DNA from: Camelus dromedarius
Taxonomy: Eukaryota
Assembly (NCBI RefSeq): GCF_036321535.1
Contig: NC_087447.1
Span: 13,144,001 to 13,208,000 of the forward strand
Length of the DNA stretch: 64,000 bases
Direction: 5' to 3'
The notes under the pieces were generated by a model. It searched no databases, was not told the origin of the DNA, and saw nothing but the letters and a program-made list of their open reading frames with translations. Of this stretch, positions 1 to 11,577 are shown piece by piece; the first letter of the stretch is position 1, and every line of letters begins with the position of its first letter. The translations under genes and the position numbers were made by a program.

Positions 1-37
1 TTAAATGTTGGCAATAATTAAAGGGAAATAATTAGAA

Positions 38-830
38 AACACATACAATCCAGGGGGAATGTAAATTAGGATATCTACTTTGGAAAATTGTTTGATTAGT
101 ATCTAGGAAAAGAAAAGAAACCAGCTCTGTGTGATCCAGAACAGGCATGCACAGAGAAAATTTCACAGAACGAGGACGAGCGTGCCATGCAGCAGATACT
201 AGGGCAGGAATGTTCACAGTAGCGTTTCCATTAAAGACAAAAGGAGTGGGATTGCAGGATCATATGAGGTTCTATTTTTAGTTTTGGGGGGAACCTCCAT
301 ACAGTATGTAATCGGCTGCACAATTTACATTCCCACCACAGTGCATAAGTGTCCCCATTTCTTCACATCCTCTCCAACATTTGTTATTTGCAGATTTTGC
401 AAAGAGAAGAGGGAGGGGCAATTGAGGGGTATCAGATTAAGAGATACAAAATGCAATGTATGAAATAGATAAGCAACAAGGATGTATTGAATAGTCCAGG
501 AAATGATAGCCATTACCTTTTAGTAACTTTTAGTGAACTATAATCTGTAAAAATTACCTAAAAATATTATAATAGTGTAAATCAACTGTACTTCATTAAA
601 GAAGAGGAAATAACCAAAGCCCATTAGCAATAGTATAAATTAACAAATTAAGGTATATTTATTTTATGAACTACTCTTCACAGTAAAAAATGAACTACTG
701 TTACAGCTAGTCATGTAAATATTCTTTTAAAATAAAATGCTGAACCAGAGAAGCCAGACATTAGGGAAGATATATTCCAATTTTTTATTTATGTGCATTT
801 CAAGAAGAAACAAAGTTAACTTTTCTCATT
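38..830 (+). mobile_element. Old L1 (L1M-type) ORF2 end/3' UTR fragment, interrupted at about 241-600 by a younger L1
   Basis: GAATGTTCACAGTAGCG...AAAA (before 241) continues as GGAAATAACC...GAAGCCAGACA (after 605), matching the remembered L1M 3' region. Approximate bounds. Confidence 0.5.
241..600 (+). mobile_element. 5'-inverted L1 fragment: inverted ORF2 piece (241-~397) joined to a sense 3' UTR (~408-600)
   Basis: 241-397 is the reverse complement of the L1 ORF2 NNKCW...IPLL region. 408-600 resembles an L1MA/artiodactyl L1 3' UTR ending in GTACTTCATTAAA. Confidence 0.6.
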
Positions 831-1408
831 TTGTAACCTGTTCTCATGAGTTGTAGCTGAAAATGAAAGTTTATGAGTAACACAAACTCCACAAGGGCAT
901 TGGGTCCTCATGGGATAGAGAGGAGCAGGGACCAGGAAAGTGCTCATGGAGATGCTGCAAAGGGCTGACAGTGCTGTGTCTGCAATTTCTCAGAGAGACT
1001 AACGTACAGGATTATTATTCAGAATGACTTGTCTACCCGCTTGTCATATTCATGATTTGAGAGAGAGGAAGAGAAGGGAAGAGAACAGAAAGGAGGGGAA
1101 GCAACCGTGGAAGGGTAGCAATTTCCAGGTTCTGGGGATTAGGACATCTTTAGAGGACCACTGGTTAGCCAGTTACACTCTGAGGGTGAGGCATGAACAG
1201 AATTTTCTTTCTTGCCTTTTTTTTTTTTTAAACTTTAGCCTGCAGGTGATTTTTTACAGAACAGTATGATTAAATAAACACAGATGTATACACATGATCT
1301 AAATTTCTGAATACATTTTATCCCATTATCGAAGAAAATTTAATAATCCAATGTATAAAGCACATTTAAAAAAATAACTTTCTCTATTCATATAAGGCTA
1401 CATATGTG

Positions 1409-1425
1409 TATATATATATATATAT

Positions 1426-1464
<39 letters not shown>
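1409..1464. repeat. Compound (TA)n(CA)n(TA)n microsatellite
   Basis: Seen directly; ends about 10 bp beyond the stop codon of the first OR. Confidence 0.95.
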
Positions 1465-1468
<4 letters not shown>

Positions 1469-1473
1469 CAAAA

Positions 1474-2421
1474 TTACATTGCATGAGAAAACAGTTTGGT
1501 GTTAATTAACCTTCTGGCTGCCTCCTTCACATCATTATTTCTAAGGCTGTAGATAAGGGGGTTCAGCATGGGGATGACAATTGTGTAAAACACAGTGGCT
1601 ACTTTGATGAGGAGCCATGAGCTTATGGAGGTGGGCAGACAGTAGAGAAGAAGGATGGTCCCGTGGAAAATGGTGATGGCAGTCAGGTGGGAGGCACAGG
1701 TGGAGAAGGCTTTTCGGCATCCACCAGTGGAAGGCATCTTGACAACTGTGACAACTATGAAAACATAGGAGGAGGGGATAATCAGGAGACTACATGCCTC
1801 ATTGAATGTAGAAATGATGAAACACATCATCTGACTGAAGTAGGGGTCAGAACAGGCTAGAGAGAGGATGGCAGAATATCCACAACCAAAGTGATTTATG
1901 GTGTTGGAACCACAGAAGAACAGTCCCAGAAGAGAATATGTGATTGTTAAGGAACACATCCCACCCCACGTGTAGGATGCAGCTACCAGGAGGGCACAGA
2001 GCTTACGAGACATAGCCACTGTGTAGAGCAGGGGGTTACAAATAGCCACAAGTCGGTCATAGGCCATCACCGCTAACATGAACATTTCTGTAATCACAAG
2101 TGAGCAACCAAAGAAAAATTGCATCATGCAACCCATATAAGAGATAGTCTTTGTGTCCACAACCAAGATCTCTAAGAGTTTGGGTGTAAGTGCCAAAGAG
2201 TAACAGAAATCAAGAAAGGAGAGATTGCTGAGAAAAAAGTACATGGGTGTGTGGAGTGTGGGACTGACTCTGATGATCACTATCATGCCCAGGTTCCCCA
2301 GCACAGTGACTGTATAGATGGCCGAGAAGACCAAGAAGAGGGGCGCCTGCAGGGGTGGGTGTTCCGAGAAGCCCAAGTGGACGAAGGTGATGCCAGCGCT
2401 CTGATTCCCCTCATCCGTCAT
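1474..2421 (-). CDS. Olfactory receptor, family 5 subfamily D-like (class II), 315 aa
   Basis: Intact ORF with N-terminal NQS sequon, [39 protein letters not shown] and [12 protein letters not shown]. The TIFHGTIL and FNE motifs are typical of OR5D. Splice acceptor TTTTCTCCGGCAG|GAACCATA lies just before the ATG (intron ends at 2430). Confidence 0.95.
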   Translation of the reverse strand: MTDEGNQSAGITFVHLGFSEHPPLQAPLFLVFSAIYTVTVLGNLGMIVIIRVSPTLHTPMYFFLSNLSFLDFCYSLALTPKLLEILVVDTKTISYMGCMMQFFFGCSLVITEMFMLAVMAYDRLVAICNPLLYTVAMSRKLCALLVAASYTWGGMCSLTITYSLLGLFFCGSNTINHFGCGYSAILSLACSDPYFSQMMCFIISTFNEACSLLIIPSSYVFIVVTVVKMPSTGGCRKAFSTCASHLTAITIFHGTILLLYCLPTSISSWLLIKVATVFYTIVIPMLNPLIYSLRNNDVKEAARRLINTKLFSHAM

Positions 2422-2863
2422 TATGGTTCCTGCCGGAGAAAATCAGAGAATTCATCCTCAGCAATCAAGTGTGACAGAAAGAGTGGGAGTTTGTTTCTTT
2501 TCCAGGCTGGATTCCGGGCTGGAAGGGAGACTCATCCAGGGGGGTGGGGTCTGGGGTTTCCTAGGAAGGCCAGCAGGGTACAGTTGGAGATGGGAGGGTT
2601 CACTGAGCGTCTTCGGGTGTGGGGTAACAAGTATGGGTCCTGATGGATGGACTGGGATGAACTGAGTGCCATAGATGGCTCAGAGAATGGCCCTGTTTAT
2701 AGTTGTTTATAAGACATAACTTGGGTATAGGGTTAAGATTAGAGTTTGGCTTAGTTCTTTTAAAACATTGAAGATAATTCCACATGTAGTAAAAGTCCCC
2801 TCTCCACCACCATTTACTTCCAAGACATTATCTGACATACATCTCAAAAATGTTCTCCTAGAA

Positions 2864-2998
2864 NNNNNNNNNNNNNNNNNNNNNNNNNNNNNNNNNNNNN
2901 NNNNNNNNNNNNNNNNNNNNNNNNNNNNNNNNNNNNNNNNNNNNNNNNNNNNNNNNNNNNNNNNNNNNNNNNNNNNNNNNNNNNNNNNNNNNNNNNNN
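2864..2998. other. Assembly gap/masked run, 135 N
   Basis: Seen directly. Confidence 1.
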
Positions 2999-3078
2999 CT
3001 TGATCTCCAGAATATATAAGAAGCTCATATGACTCAATAAGAAAAAAACAAACAACCCAATCCAAAAATGGGCAGAAG

Positions 3079-3234
3079 NNNNNNNNNNNNNNNNNNNNNN
3101 NNNNNNNNNNNNNNNNNNNNNNNNNNNNNNNNNNNNNNNNNNNNNNNNNNNNNNNNNNNNNNNNNNNNNNNNNNNNNNNNNNNNNNNNNNNNNNNNNNNN
3201 NNNNNNNNNNNNNNNNNNNNNNNNNNNNNNNNNN
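3079..3234. other. Assembly gap/masked run, 156 N
   Basis: Seen directly. Confidence 1.
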
Positions 3235-3559
3235 GTGACAAATGCTGGAGAGGCTGTGGAGAAAAGGGAACCCTCCTTCGCTGCTGGTGGGAATGCAGTT
3301 CAGTGCAGCCACTGTGGAAAACAGTATGGAGATTCCTCATATTTCTAATGCTGTTTTTAATGAATTTACTTTGAATCTGAAAGACATGAGTGCAAAATAT
3401 CCTAGAATGTAGCATCAGCTACAATTTTAGGAAGTAGGAAGTGGTGCAAATAGGGAATGGGAAGTCGAAAAAGGCTGCAGACACAGAGCAGAAATAGCTT
3501 TCTTTCCTGATTTCTCTGTAATGTTTCCTCCTGTCTTAGGTATACATTTCCACTCACTT

Positions 3560-4150
3560 AGGGCAGAATGAAACTATTCTTCCAAACATGCTTCCATCAT
3601 TATTCCTACACTATCATCCATCTGCTCAGCTGGGGAACAATGATCTTTATTTAGGCTGCCTACACCCACCCTTCAGGACTAACTTTCATCAAATTTCATT
3701 TTAAAATCGTGCTCCAATGCTTATACATTTTCAAAATCACCTTCTTACAAATTACCTGAAATCTTGAATTTTACTTTCAAATTTACCTGTCTGGGTTTCT
3801 GTCATCTCTAATGTCACTACACTTTCCAGACTGTTTAATTTCTATTCCTTTCATATCAATCACACCAGCAATTTCTATCTTTTGTGCACAAAATACATTC
3901 TTGTGTAACATAGTATCTTTATCACATTAACTCTTCCAACTAACATGCCCTCTGCCACCATCAGATTTTAAGCACGACCACATTTTAATATCCAATGCCA
4001 GGCTATGCTCTTCCAGATAACTTTGGTGATTCATCCAGACCCCAAAGTTTCTTTACAGCTCTGACTTGCTTCCATCTACGTGGTTTTAAACTCAAAAATT
4101 TTATGCAAAATCTGGCATATTTATCTACAGTTTTATACATTTCTTTTAAT
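3560..4150 (+). mobile_element. Degenerate L2-like LINE fragment
   Basis: Pyrimidine-rich sequence resembling the remembered L2 body. Approximate. Confidence 0.35.
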
Positions 4151-4437
4151 ATTTACCTAAAATATGTTTCAAATTGAGAAAAAATAACATTACTTGAAGG
4201 TCTACCAACTTGACTAGAACATTATTAAACTACATAAGCAAGAATCAAAGACAAATGCACACCAAATATCTTAAAGATGTAAGAAATAGAGTTAGTAAAC
4301 TCTATTATTCTCAGTGGAATTAGATGGATCCCACTGAACTGCAACTACGATTGCATAGATGTTTCTCTGGCAAACATACTTCTGATTTCAGTTTCCCACA
4401 GCAGAACTAAAATACGTCATTTAGTTTAAGAACTCAC

Positions 4438-4780
4438 CAGAAGTCAGATACTCTGTATAGACTGATTTCCTGAGGTCTTCTTTGATTTAATAAGATTCTT
4501 GAAAATTATTTCACAAAAAATAAAACTTTTCATAAAAATTGTTGTAGCCTGTAATTAGGATATGGGAACATCTTCCAAAATATATTCCAGGAAAGGCATC
4601 AAGAAAATTAGATTTTTCTCATTAAAAAAAAAAAAAAAGAATCAGGGACAACACAGACAACCTCTCAAGGGTGAGCCAGACTAATAAGCTGAATTGAGGG
4701 ATGGTGTTGTGTGTTTACATCCACCCGAGAGACCTTGGGAATCATGCCCCAGAGAGTTTTGATTGGGATATTTGCCATGA
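4438..4780 (-). promoter_or_regulatory. Putative promoter and non-coding first exon of the OR at 1474-2421
   Basis: O/E(EBF)-like sites TCTCAAGGGT (4663-4672), ACCCGAGAGA (4723-4732) and GCCCCAGAGA (4746-4755), a TAATGA homeodomain core near 4619-4624 (minus strand), and a consensus minus-strand donor CTG|GTGAGT with the exon ending at 4438. OR promoters are known to use O/E plus homeodomain sites. Confidence 0.4.
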
Positions 4781-5244
4781 GCCAAACGCAAGACAATTTA
4801 AAAACACCTGTATTCCTAGCTTAGAATAGAATTTATTTTAAATCATTAAATCATATGGGAAGGTTGGACACGTTTGTCTTCTGACCTTAGAAACATAACA
4901 GTAACAATCAGCCGATCATTTGAGTTATTATGTATTCGTTATGGAAAACATGCCTTCCAAAGTGCACAGTGAGAAAAGCACAATCTCTGTCCTGTAAATC
5001 AGACGTGCTACAGCTGGTGTTTCACGTTTCATGTCAGGCTTTCCTCTGAGTGTTTTTTTTAATTTGACCTTTTTTTTTTTTTTTTTGTAAATAACACATT
5101 TCAGTATCACTTTGAATATAGATCTGATATGATGGCCTTTGAAGTTAACATTTGCATCCCAAATGTTTCCCTTTTTTACTAAAATTCATGTTGAATAGAA
5201 TATGTGTTTTTCAAGGAGGCAATTGATAGGTTTCCTGAATACTG

Positions 5245-5850
5245 TGGTGCATTAATGTTCTGTTTCATCATAAGAAACTGCTCCAGATTCAATGACTTAG
5301 ACAACATCCACGTGTTAGTTCACACGTCTGTGTGTCTGAAGTCAGGCCCAGCACAGCCGGTCCATCTGTGTGAGTTATCAAAAGGCTGAAACCAAGGTGT
5401 CATCAGCGTTTTCATCTCGAGTTTGGTTCTCTTCCCAGTTCTTTCATGTTGCTGGCAGAATTCAGTTTCTTGAAGTTGTAGGAGTAGAATCTTGCTTCCT
5501 GATATCTATCTTGGGATTATTCTTCCCTAGACGCCACTCTTAGGTCTCAGCTATGTTTTCTCCTCTCAGATCCCTCTCACACTTCAAATCCCTCCTTCAA
5601 GTTTCTCTTAAACTTCACATGTCTCTTCCAAGAAGGACCCAGCACTTTTCAACAAGTCACCTGATTATGCCAGACCCACCAATGAAGATAATTTTCCTTT
5701 CTTAAGGTCAACTGATTTAAAACCTAATTATATTTGCAAAATTCCTTCACCCAAGCACCCAGGTATATATTTAATTGAAAGGCTAGCTGAAGATATCTGT
5801 GCACCAGATGGTGAGGGCTCTTGAGAGCTGGCTGAGGGTTGTACTCATCA
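5245..5850 (-). mobile_element. MaLR solo LTR (MLT1-type)
   Basis: GCTGGCAGAATTCAGTTTCTTG and CACCTGATTATGCCAGACCCACC match the remembered MLT1 minus-strand consensus. Confidence 0.6.
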
Positions 5851-5929
5851 CTTGTAAGATCAACATTTTTGTCCTCTCTGTATTTATACCTCAGCCTCCT
5901 TGAAAGAGCACCTACTCACAAAAACGTTA

Positions 5930-7145
5930 TATTTCAGAGAAGAAACTTGATGATCTAAGATACTATCTTAAGAAGCTAAAAAAGCAAACACAGTTTCACC
6001 TCTAACTTGGAGGAAGATAAGAGTGATAATCAAAATAATAGAAAATGGACAGTGAAATAGACATAATGAACTGAGTAAATCCAAATGTTAGATCTTTAAA
6101 ATGATACATGAAATTGATTACCACCTAGATAACCTGATTAAAATAAGGGATCAAAACACAATTGCTTCTATCAAGTGAAAATAGGAAACTTCATTACAGA
6201 TGCTCTCAATATAAAAAGATAATTAGTATTATAAACAATATTATTCCAATAAATTTGACAAGTTAAATGAAATAGAAAAATTCCTTGAACTATACAAATA
6301 TGGACCTTACAGAAGCTGACATATAAAATACAAATAGCCCCTAACTTCTTATGAATTTGAATTTTTAATTAAAAATTTTCCCACAGAGAGAACCCCTGGA
6401 CCATATGGTTTAAATGGTAAATTCTGTCAAACATTTAAGTAATAAATAACACAAAGAGTTACAAAAACATTTGAATAAACAGAGCAATAAGGAATATCCA
6501 CAGCATCTTTTTCCTGAGCTTATTATAATTCAAATTCTACAACTGGAAAAAGATGTTATAAGAAAAAATATAGATCAAGATGTCTAATGTACTTAGTCAC
6601 AGCAATATTAGTGAAATACTAGAAAATAAAATACTACAATATATAGATAGTAAAATGTATCATGACTCAGGGGGAGAAAAAAGATAATCTTCATATAAGC
6701 AAACAAGAAATAGAAGAAAGTTCCTTGAACTTGATAAGGGTCATCCACAAAATAACTTAGCTAACATAATGTTAAAAAGCCCACAAAAATGCTAAATAAA
6801 ATAAAATAATTTTGGATTATTTTCACCTAAATCTGAGAATTACAACCATCAAAACAAAACAAAATGAAACAAAACAAAAAGAAAAGAAGAAGAAAGAATT
6901 CTGCTCTTATCACTTTTATACAATATTATATTTTAGATCTTAGTCGAATAAAGAAAGAAAAGTCAAATTATCGAAAAGCAAAAAGTAAAACTATTTGTCT
7001 ACAGCATGATTCTGCATATAGAAAATTCTAGGGAATCTCCAACAAAAATACCATGAAATAATAACTAAATATAGTAATGTTGCATGAATGAGTGTATACA
7101 CGAATATCAGTTATATCATCATAGTCTAATAATGAAGCTATGAGT
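5930..7145 (+). mobile_element. Old L1 ORF2 fragment
   Basis: A-rich degenerate ORF2 with AATAAATTTGACAAGTTAAATGAAATAGAAAAATTCCTTGAA and CCCTGGACCATATGGTTTAAATGGTAAATTCT (PGPDGFTGEF region). Confidence 0.75.
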
Positions 7146-8389
7146 AACTTTTTTGGGGGGTTAAGATGATAAATTTTATGTTATGTGTTTTTTTTAACCA
7201 CAATTAAAACAAACTATAAGAAGAAACCAAATGTAACAAATTAAATAAAAACAAGATCACCAGATAAATTCAAATAAAAACATTAGTTTAAAAGTGGTAA
7301 CATTTTGCTGAAACTAAGTAACCAATGTTGGATTTAGTTACAATTTAAACATGTAATTATAAAAGCATAATAAGATGCTTTTATGCATTTTATGTTGCAA
7401 TTGTTGACCTAAATATTTGATTTTGAGCGTGATGGACAGTCCTTTGATTCACAATCATTATCATTACTATAATTTTTCCTCTCATCAGGTTTCTCATTTG
7501 AAACCATCAGTTGATTATTTTAATTGGTCTAACTCATTTAAAAATGGTTTTCTCCAAAATATAACATTGATAATTATTTTTTTCAAAATCTCCTAACAAA
7601 AGTTCTTCACGGAGAATATCTGCAGTCTGGTATGTCATACAAATGCCCACAACACACACAAATACATCTGCCAATAATCTGAATAAGGGGACTGCTTCGC
7701 CGAGCTGCTTTTGAGTCCAGCCTGTGATACCAAGAGCCCTGTAATGACCCAACTGTCTCTCCCCTTTCCTCTACTTGAACTACCGTAAGCTTCATTTATA
7801 CTGGCGCCATGATTCATTCAGCCTTCACTTTGCATGAACGCATCATCTCTGTAGTAAGTCATCCAGCCTGATTCTTTCCTTTTTAAACACCTTTAACTGT
7901 ACATTTGAAACGTGTGTAGTTTACTGTGCAGGAACCATAAGTAATTTTTTAAAAGTGACATTTGCTAGCTTTGTTCATGCAAGTGTAAGTATTGTCTACA
8001 AACTATTGGCAGCTGAGTCACAATCCCTGAATACCTTAACTAAGATCTCCCTGATATCATTAAAGAGAGAGAAAGAGTGGGTATTTTAACTATGTCAAAA
8101 TCAATACGTAATATCCCTTTGTTGCCTCTCCTTCCTTCAGAAACGCAATCAATAACAGTGGTGATAATGAGAAATAAATCAAATAACAAAGTCACATGGA
8201 TAAAGCAGTGGTAAACTAAAAACCAGCCAACATGAAGTTACCATAATTTCAGAAACGTGTAAAGAGTATGAGGAGTGTAGACAAATGAAGCAGAGAAGGC
8301 ATAGCTTCAGCCAAGAATGCTCTAAAGCCCAGATCTAAAGAAGTGACATGAATCTGAGGGCACTTGAAAGTGTCAGGACTCAGAGGCAT

Positions 8390-10130
8390 GCGGTAAATGA
8401 ACAAAATAAATCCCAAAGTTGGTATGAAAATGAAAAGGGCCAAGAATAACCAGGATCCACTCACAGGGAAGAAAAAGACGACAGAAGTTGCTATGATGGA
8501 TATCATGGTTTATTTCAAAGCTGTAATAAGTAAGAATATATGGGAATGGCAAATACTTCAAAGGGAATGTATAATAAAGACTTAAGGAACTCAGTGAGGG
8601 TGATCAATGATTGAGTCCAGTCATTTACCGTGTCCTTGCATTCATAAGGTTTTTCGTATTTCATTACTGATGCAGCGCATTTCTTCACCTCTGGATTGTG
8701 AGTCCAACCCTGACGTGTTCAATGGTTTGTCAGCAGAAAAGAAAGACGCAGCATTTCTTAGCTTAGGCTTTAAGTGAACTTGAATGTTTTCTCTTGGTCT
8801 ATTGTTTTTCTGGCATTTCCATAAGATAGAGAGCCAACTAGTCTAACGATGATGACAGACACTTGGAGCACTCTGGTGTGAAGCCAAACATTTTTAGTGT
8901 CATAGAAACACAGCCACCTCAGGTGACCTCCAGATCTTTGAAAATAAAAACTAATTGTACTCTTAAGCCATTGATTGTTGGATTTTTTTTCAAGAGCCAC
9001 TGTGCAGTAGCTCACTTTATACTGATAAACTCACATGTGGACCCTCTATGACAAGACTGACAGTGCAGAGTAACATGGAGAGAATGCACTGTTTCCAGTA
9101 AACAGCATGTGACGGTGATATACTCAAACGGGTAAGAATGAAGCAGCAACGTGGGCGTTGGTGACTGCAGCTTAGATGTGCTATCCTGGTGAGGTATGGA
9201 GCTCAGGTTCCCACGTGCTCTCATTTCTCAGGCTGAAGGAACACACACTATTTGTGGTGTGCCTTTCTAGGAGTTGCATAAACTCAAGGAGAAAAGATTC
9301 AAATCTTGAAGGGCACTGAGAGCGCCTTCTAGGATGTAACTTACAGCACATTCACTCATTTTTCATTGTCCCAAGAAATTCGTATGAGAATTATTCTCTC
9401 TCTGCCTACAGAGAAGCACGGCAGATATGAAGAGAGACCAAATAATGTTGAACAAATAAAACAACTTACTGTAGACCCAAACCACACCCTCTACAATAGT
9501 GAACTTTAGGGTGACCCATAGACACAATATAAAAAGCAACAAACAGTCTTGAATATAACATAGACAAATGTACTGCAGACCTTAAAGGTAGATAAATATA
9601 ATCTTAAACATTAGATAAATTACACATTTGACTAAATTAAAATTCAAACTTGCTCTTTATAAAAGGACATTAAGTGGGTGAAAAGCAAATCCAAATTGCA
9701 AAAAAATATTTCCAAGGTACAAAATTGATAAAGAGATTATGTTCATAATATAAACAAAATTTTTAAATAAATAAAAATAAAGACAAATAATTTTAAAGAA
9801 TATTGCTAAAATGTCATACAAAGTCTTTTTAAAGATGAAAAAAATTCCACAGGTGTATTAAAATGTGTCCAACCTCAATGGTCACACTTATTACAATTAA
9901 AAGTACAAATTAAACATTCTATATCAAGTAAATGAGCAAAAATCATATAGTCTGATAATACTGAAAACTGCTGAAGAAATGGGTCATAACTTTAGAATTT
10001 TCAAACATTGCACTTAGGGAGCCTACATTGATACAATCACTTTGACAAATTGAGAACTAAATAAATGTATAATATTTCTAGGTATAAATTCATTCTAATG
10101 AGTATGTATGTGCAGCTTAGTAGATGTGAA
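8390..10130 (+). mobile_element. Old L1 (L1ME-like) ORF2 3' part, interrupted by MaLR LTR pieces at about 8860-9400
   Basis: TGAAAATGAAAAGGGCCAAGAATAACCAGG and later ORF2 C-terminal-like A-rich sequence, with MLT1-like LTR sequence between them. Confidence 0.55.
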
Positions 10131-10539
10131 TGGCATTGACTGACATGGAGAAAACCGGTAAGTTGAAAAAGTTTACTGAGAATGGATGATTAAAAATTAC
10201 ATTTTATATTAATCTTGGTCTTTGTATCACTGAGTAATTGATGTGTCTCCTTAGAAATAAATTTAACTTCTTCTTCGTATTCAGTATTATTGTCAACACC
10301 TATTACTGAACTATATTACACTGATACTCAAACAATGAGATGCATGTAGAAACTAGCTAACACTTTCATCATCCCACCCACAGATAATTATAAGGCATCC
10401 TGACCACTGAAAAACACGGGAAGTGCAATCTTTAATTTATTTAAAACATAATAATATATTTACCTAAAATAAAGGTGAACTAGTGTCACAAATACATATG
10501 ATAAATTTTTGGACATAATCTGAATGTAAGCAAATATAT

Positions 10540-11499
10540 TTATTTGAATTCTATTGAGTGAGAGAGCAGTTTGATATTTCTGAAGCTCCTGACTGTGTCT
10601 TTCACATCTTTGTTCCTAAGACTATAGATAAGTGGGTTCAGCATGGGGATCAAGACAGTAAAAAACACAGTGGCCACTCTGACCAGGAGCCATGAGCTTG
10701 TGGAGTTGGGCACACAGTAGAGAAGAAGGATGGTCCCGTGGAAAATGGTGATGGCAGTCAGGTGGGAGGCACAGGTGGAGAAGGCTTTTCGGCATCCACC
10801 AGTGGAAGGCATCTTGATGATTGTGACAACTATGAAAACATAGGAGGAGAGGATAATCAGGAGACTACTTGCCTCATTGAATGTAGAAATGATGAAACAC
10901 ATCATCTGACTGAAGTAGGGGTCAGAACAGGCTAGAGAGAGGATGGCAGAATACTCACAACCAAAGTGATTTATGGTGTTGGAACCACAGAAGGACAGTC
11001 CCAGAAGAGAATATGTGATTGTCAAGGAACATATCCCACCCCACGTGTAGGATGCAGCTACCAGGAGGGCACAGAGCTTATGAGACATAGTGACTGTGTA
11101 GAGCAGGGGCTTACAAACAGCCACAAGTCGGTCATAGGCCATCACCGCTAACATGAACATTTCTGTAATCACAAATGCACAAACAAAGAAAAACTGTGCC
11201 ATGCATGCTTTGAAAGAGATAGCTCTGTCGTCCACAACCAAGATCTCTAGGAGTTTGGGTGTGAATACACTGGAATAACAAATGTCCAAAATGGACAAAT
11301 GGCTGAGGAAAAAGTACATGGGTGTGTGGAGGTTGGGATTGATCCTTATGACCACAATTATGCCCAGGTTCCCCAGCAGAGTGACCGTGTAGATGGTCAA
11401 GAGTGCTAGGAAGAGGGGCACCTGGAGGGGTGGGTATTCTGAGAAGCCCAAGAGGATGAAGGTGGTCACAGAGCTCTGATTTCCCTCATTCAGCACCAT
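10540..11499 (-). CDS. Olfactory receptor, family 5 subfamily D-like, 319 aa
   Basis: Intact ORF with NQS sequon, [42 protein letters not shown] and [16 protein letters not shown]. Kozak-like GCCATGG. Confidence 0.95.
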   Translation of the reverse strand: MVLNEGNQSSVTTFILLGFSEYPPLQVPLFLALLTIYTVTLLGNLGIIVVIRINPNLHTPMYFFLSHLSILDICYSSVFTPKLLEILVVDDRAISFKACMAQFFFVCAFVITEMFMLAVMAYDRLVAVCKPLLYTVTMSHKLCALLVAASYTWGGICSLTITYSLLGLSFCGSNTINHFGCEYSAILSLACSDPYFSQMMCFIISTFNEASSLLIILSSYVFIVVTIIKMPSTGGCRKAFSTCASHLTAITIFHGTILLLYCVPNSTSSWLLVRVATVFFTVLIPMLNPLIYSLRNKDVKDTVRSFRNIKLLSHSIEFK

Positions 11500-11513
11500 G
11501 GCTCTGGATTTTT

Positions 11514-11576
<63 letters not shown>
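11514..11576. repeat. (TAAG)15 tetranucleotide microsatellite, followed by degenerate (ATGA/ATAA)n
   Basis: Seen directly; begins 15 bp upstream of the OR ATG. Confidence 0.97.

Positions 11577-11577
<1 letters not shown>

Larger units (their letters stand above)
2821..3339 (+). mobile_element. Internal L1 ORF2 fragment (young, artiodactyl-type), partly in N gaps
   Basis: Translates to KTLSDIHLKNVLL, LISRIYKKL, NNPIQKWAE and [10 protein letters not shown], all L1 ORF2 C-terminal motifs. No 3' UTR or poly-A tail. Confidence 0.85.

Noticed and set aside
1663-1860. Near-identical antisense ORFs at 1663-1860 and 10738-10935, and other antisense ORFs over OR genes (2251-2643, 31309-31743, 37951-38214, 46363-46680)
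   Set aside because: They are shadows of the OR coding strand. Their identity simply follows from the conversion tract.
1639-2099. Conversion tract as a collapsed-assembly artefact
   Set aside because: 15 scattered differences argue against simple read collapse, though long reads should confirm.
7380-7860. Three overlapping short minus-strand ORFs suggesting a hidden gene or transposase
   Set aside because: No recognisable domain; at most a weak resemblance to a hAT remnant that I cannot support.
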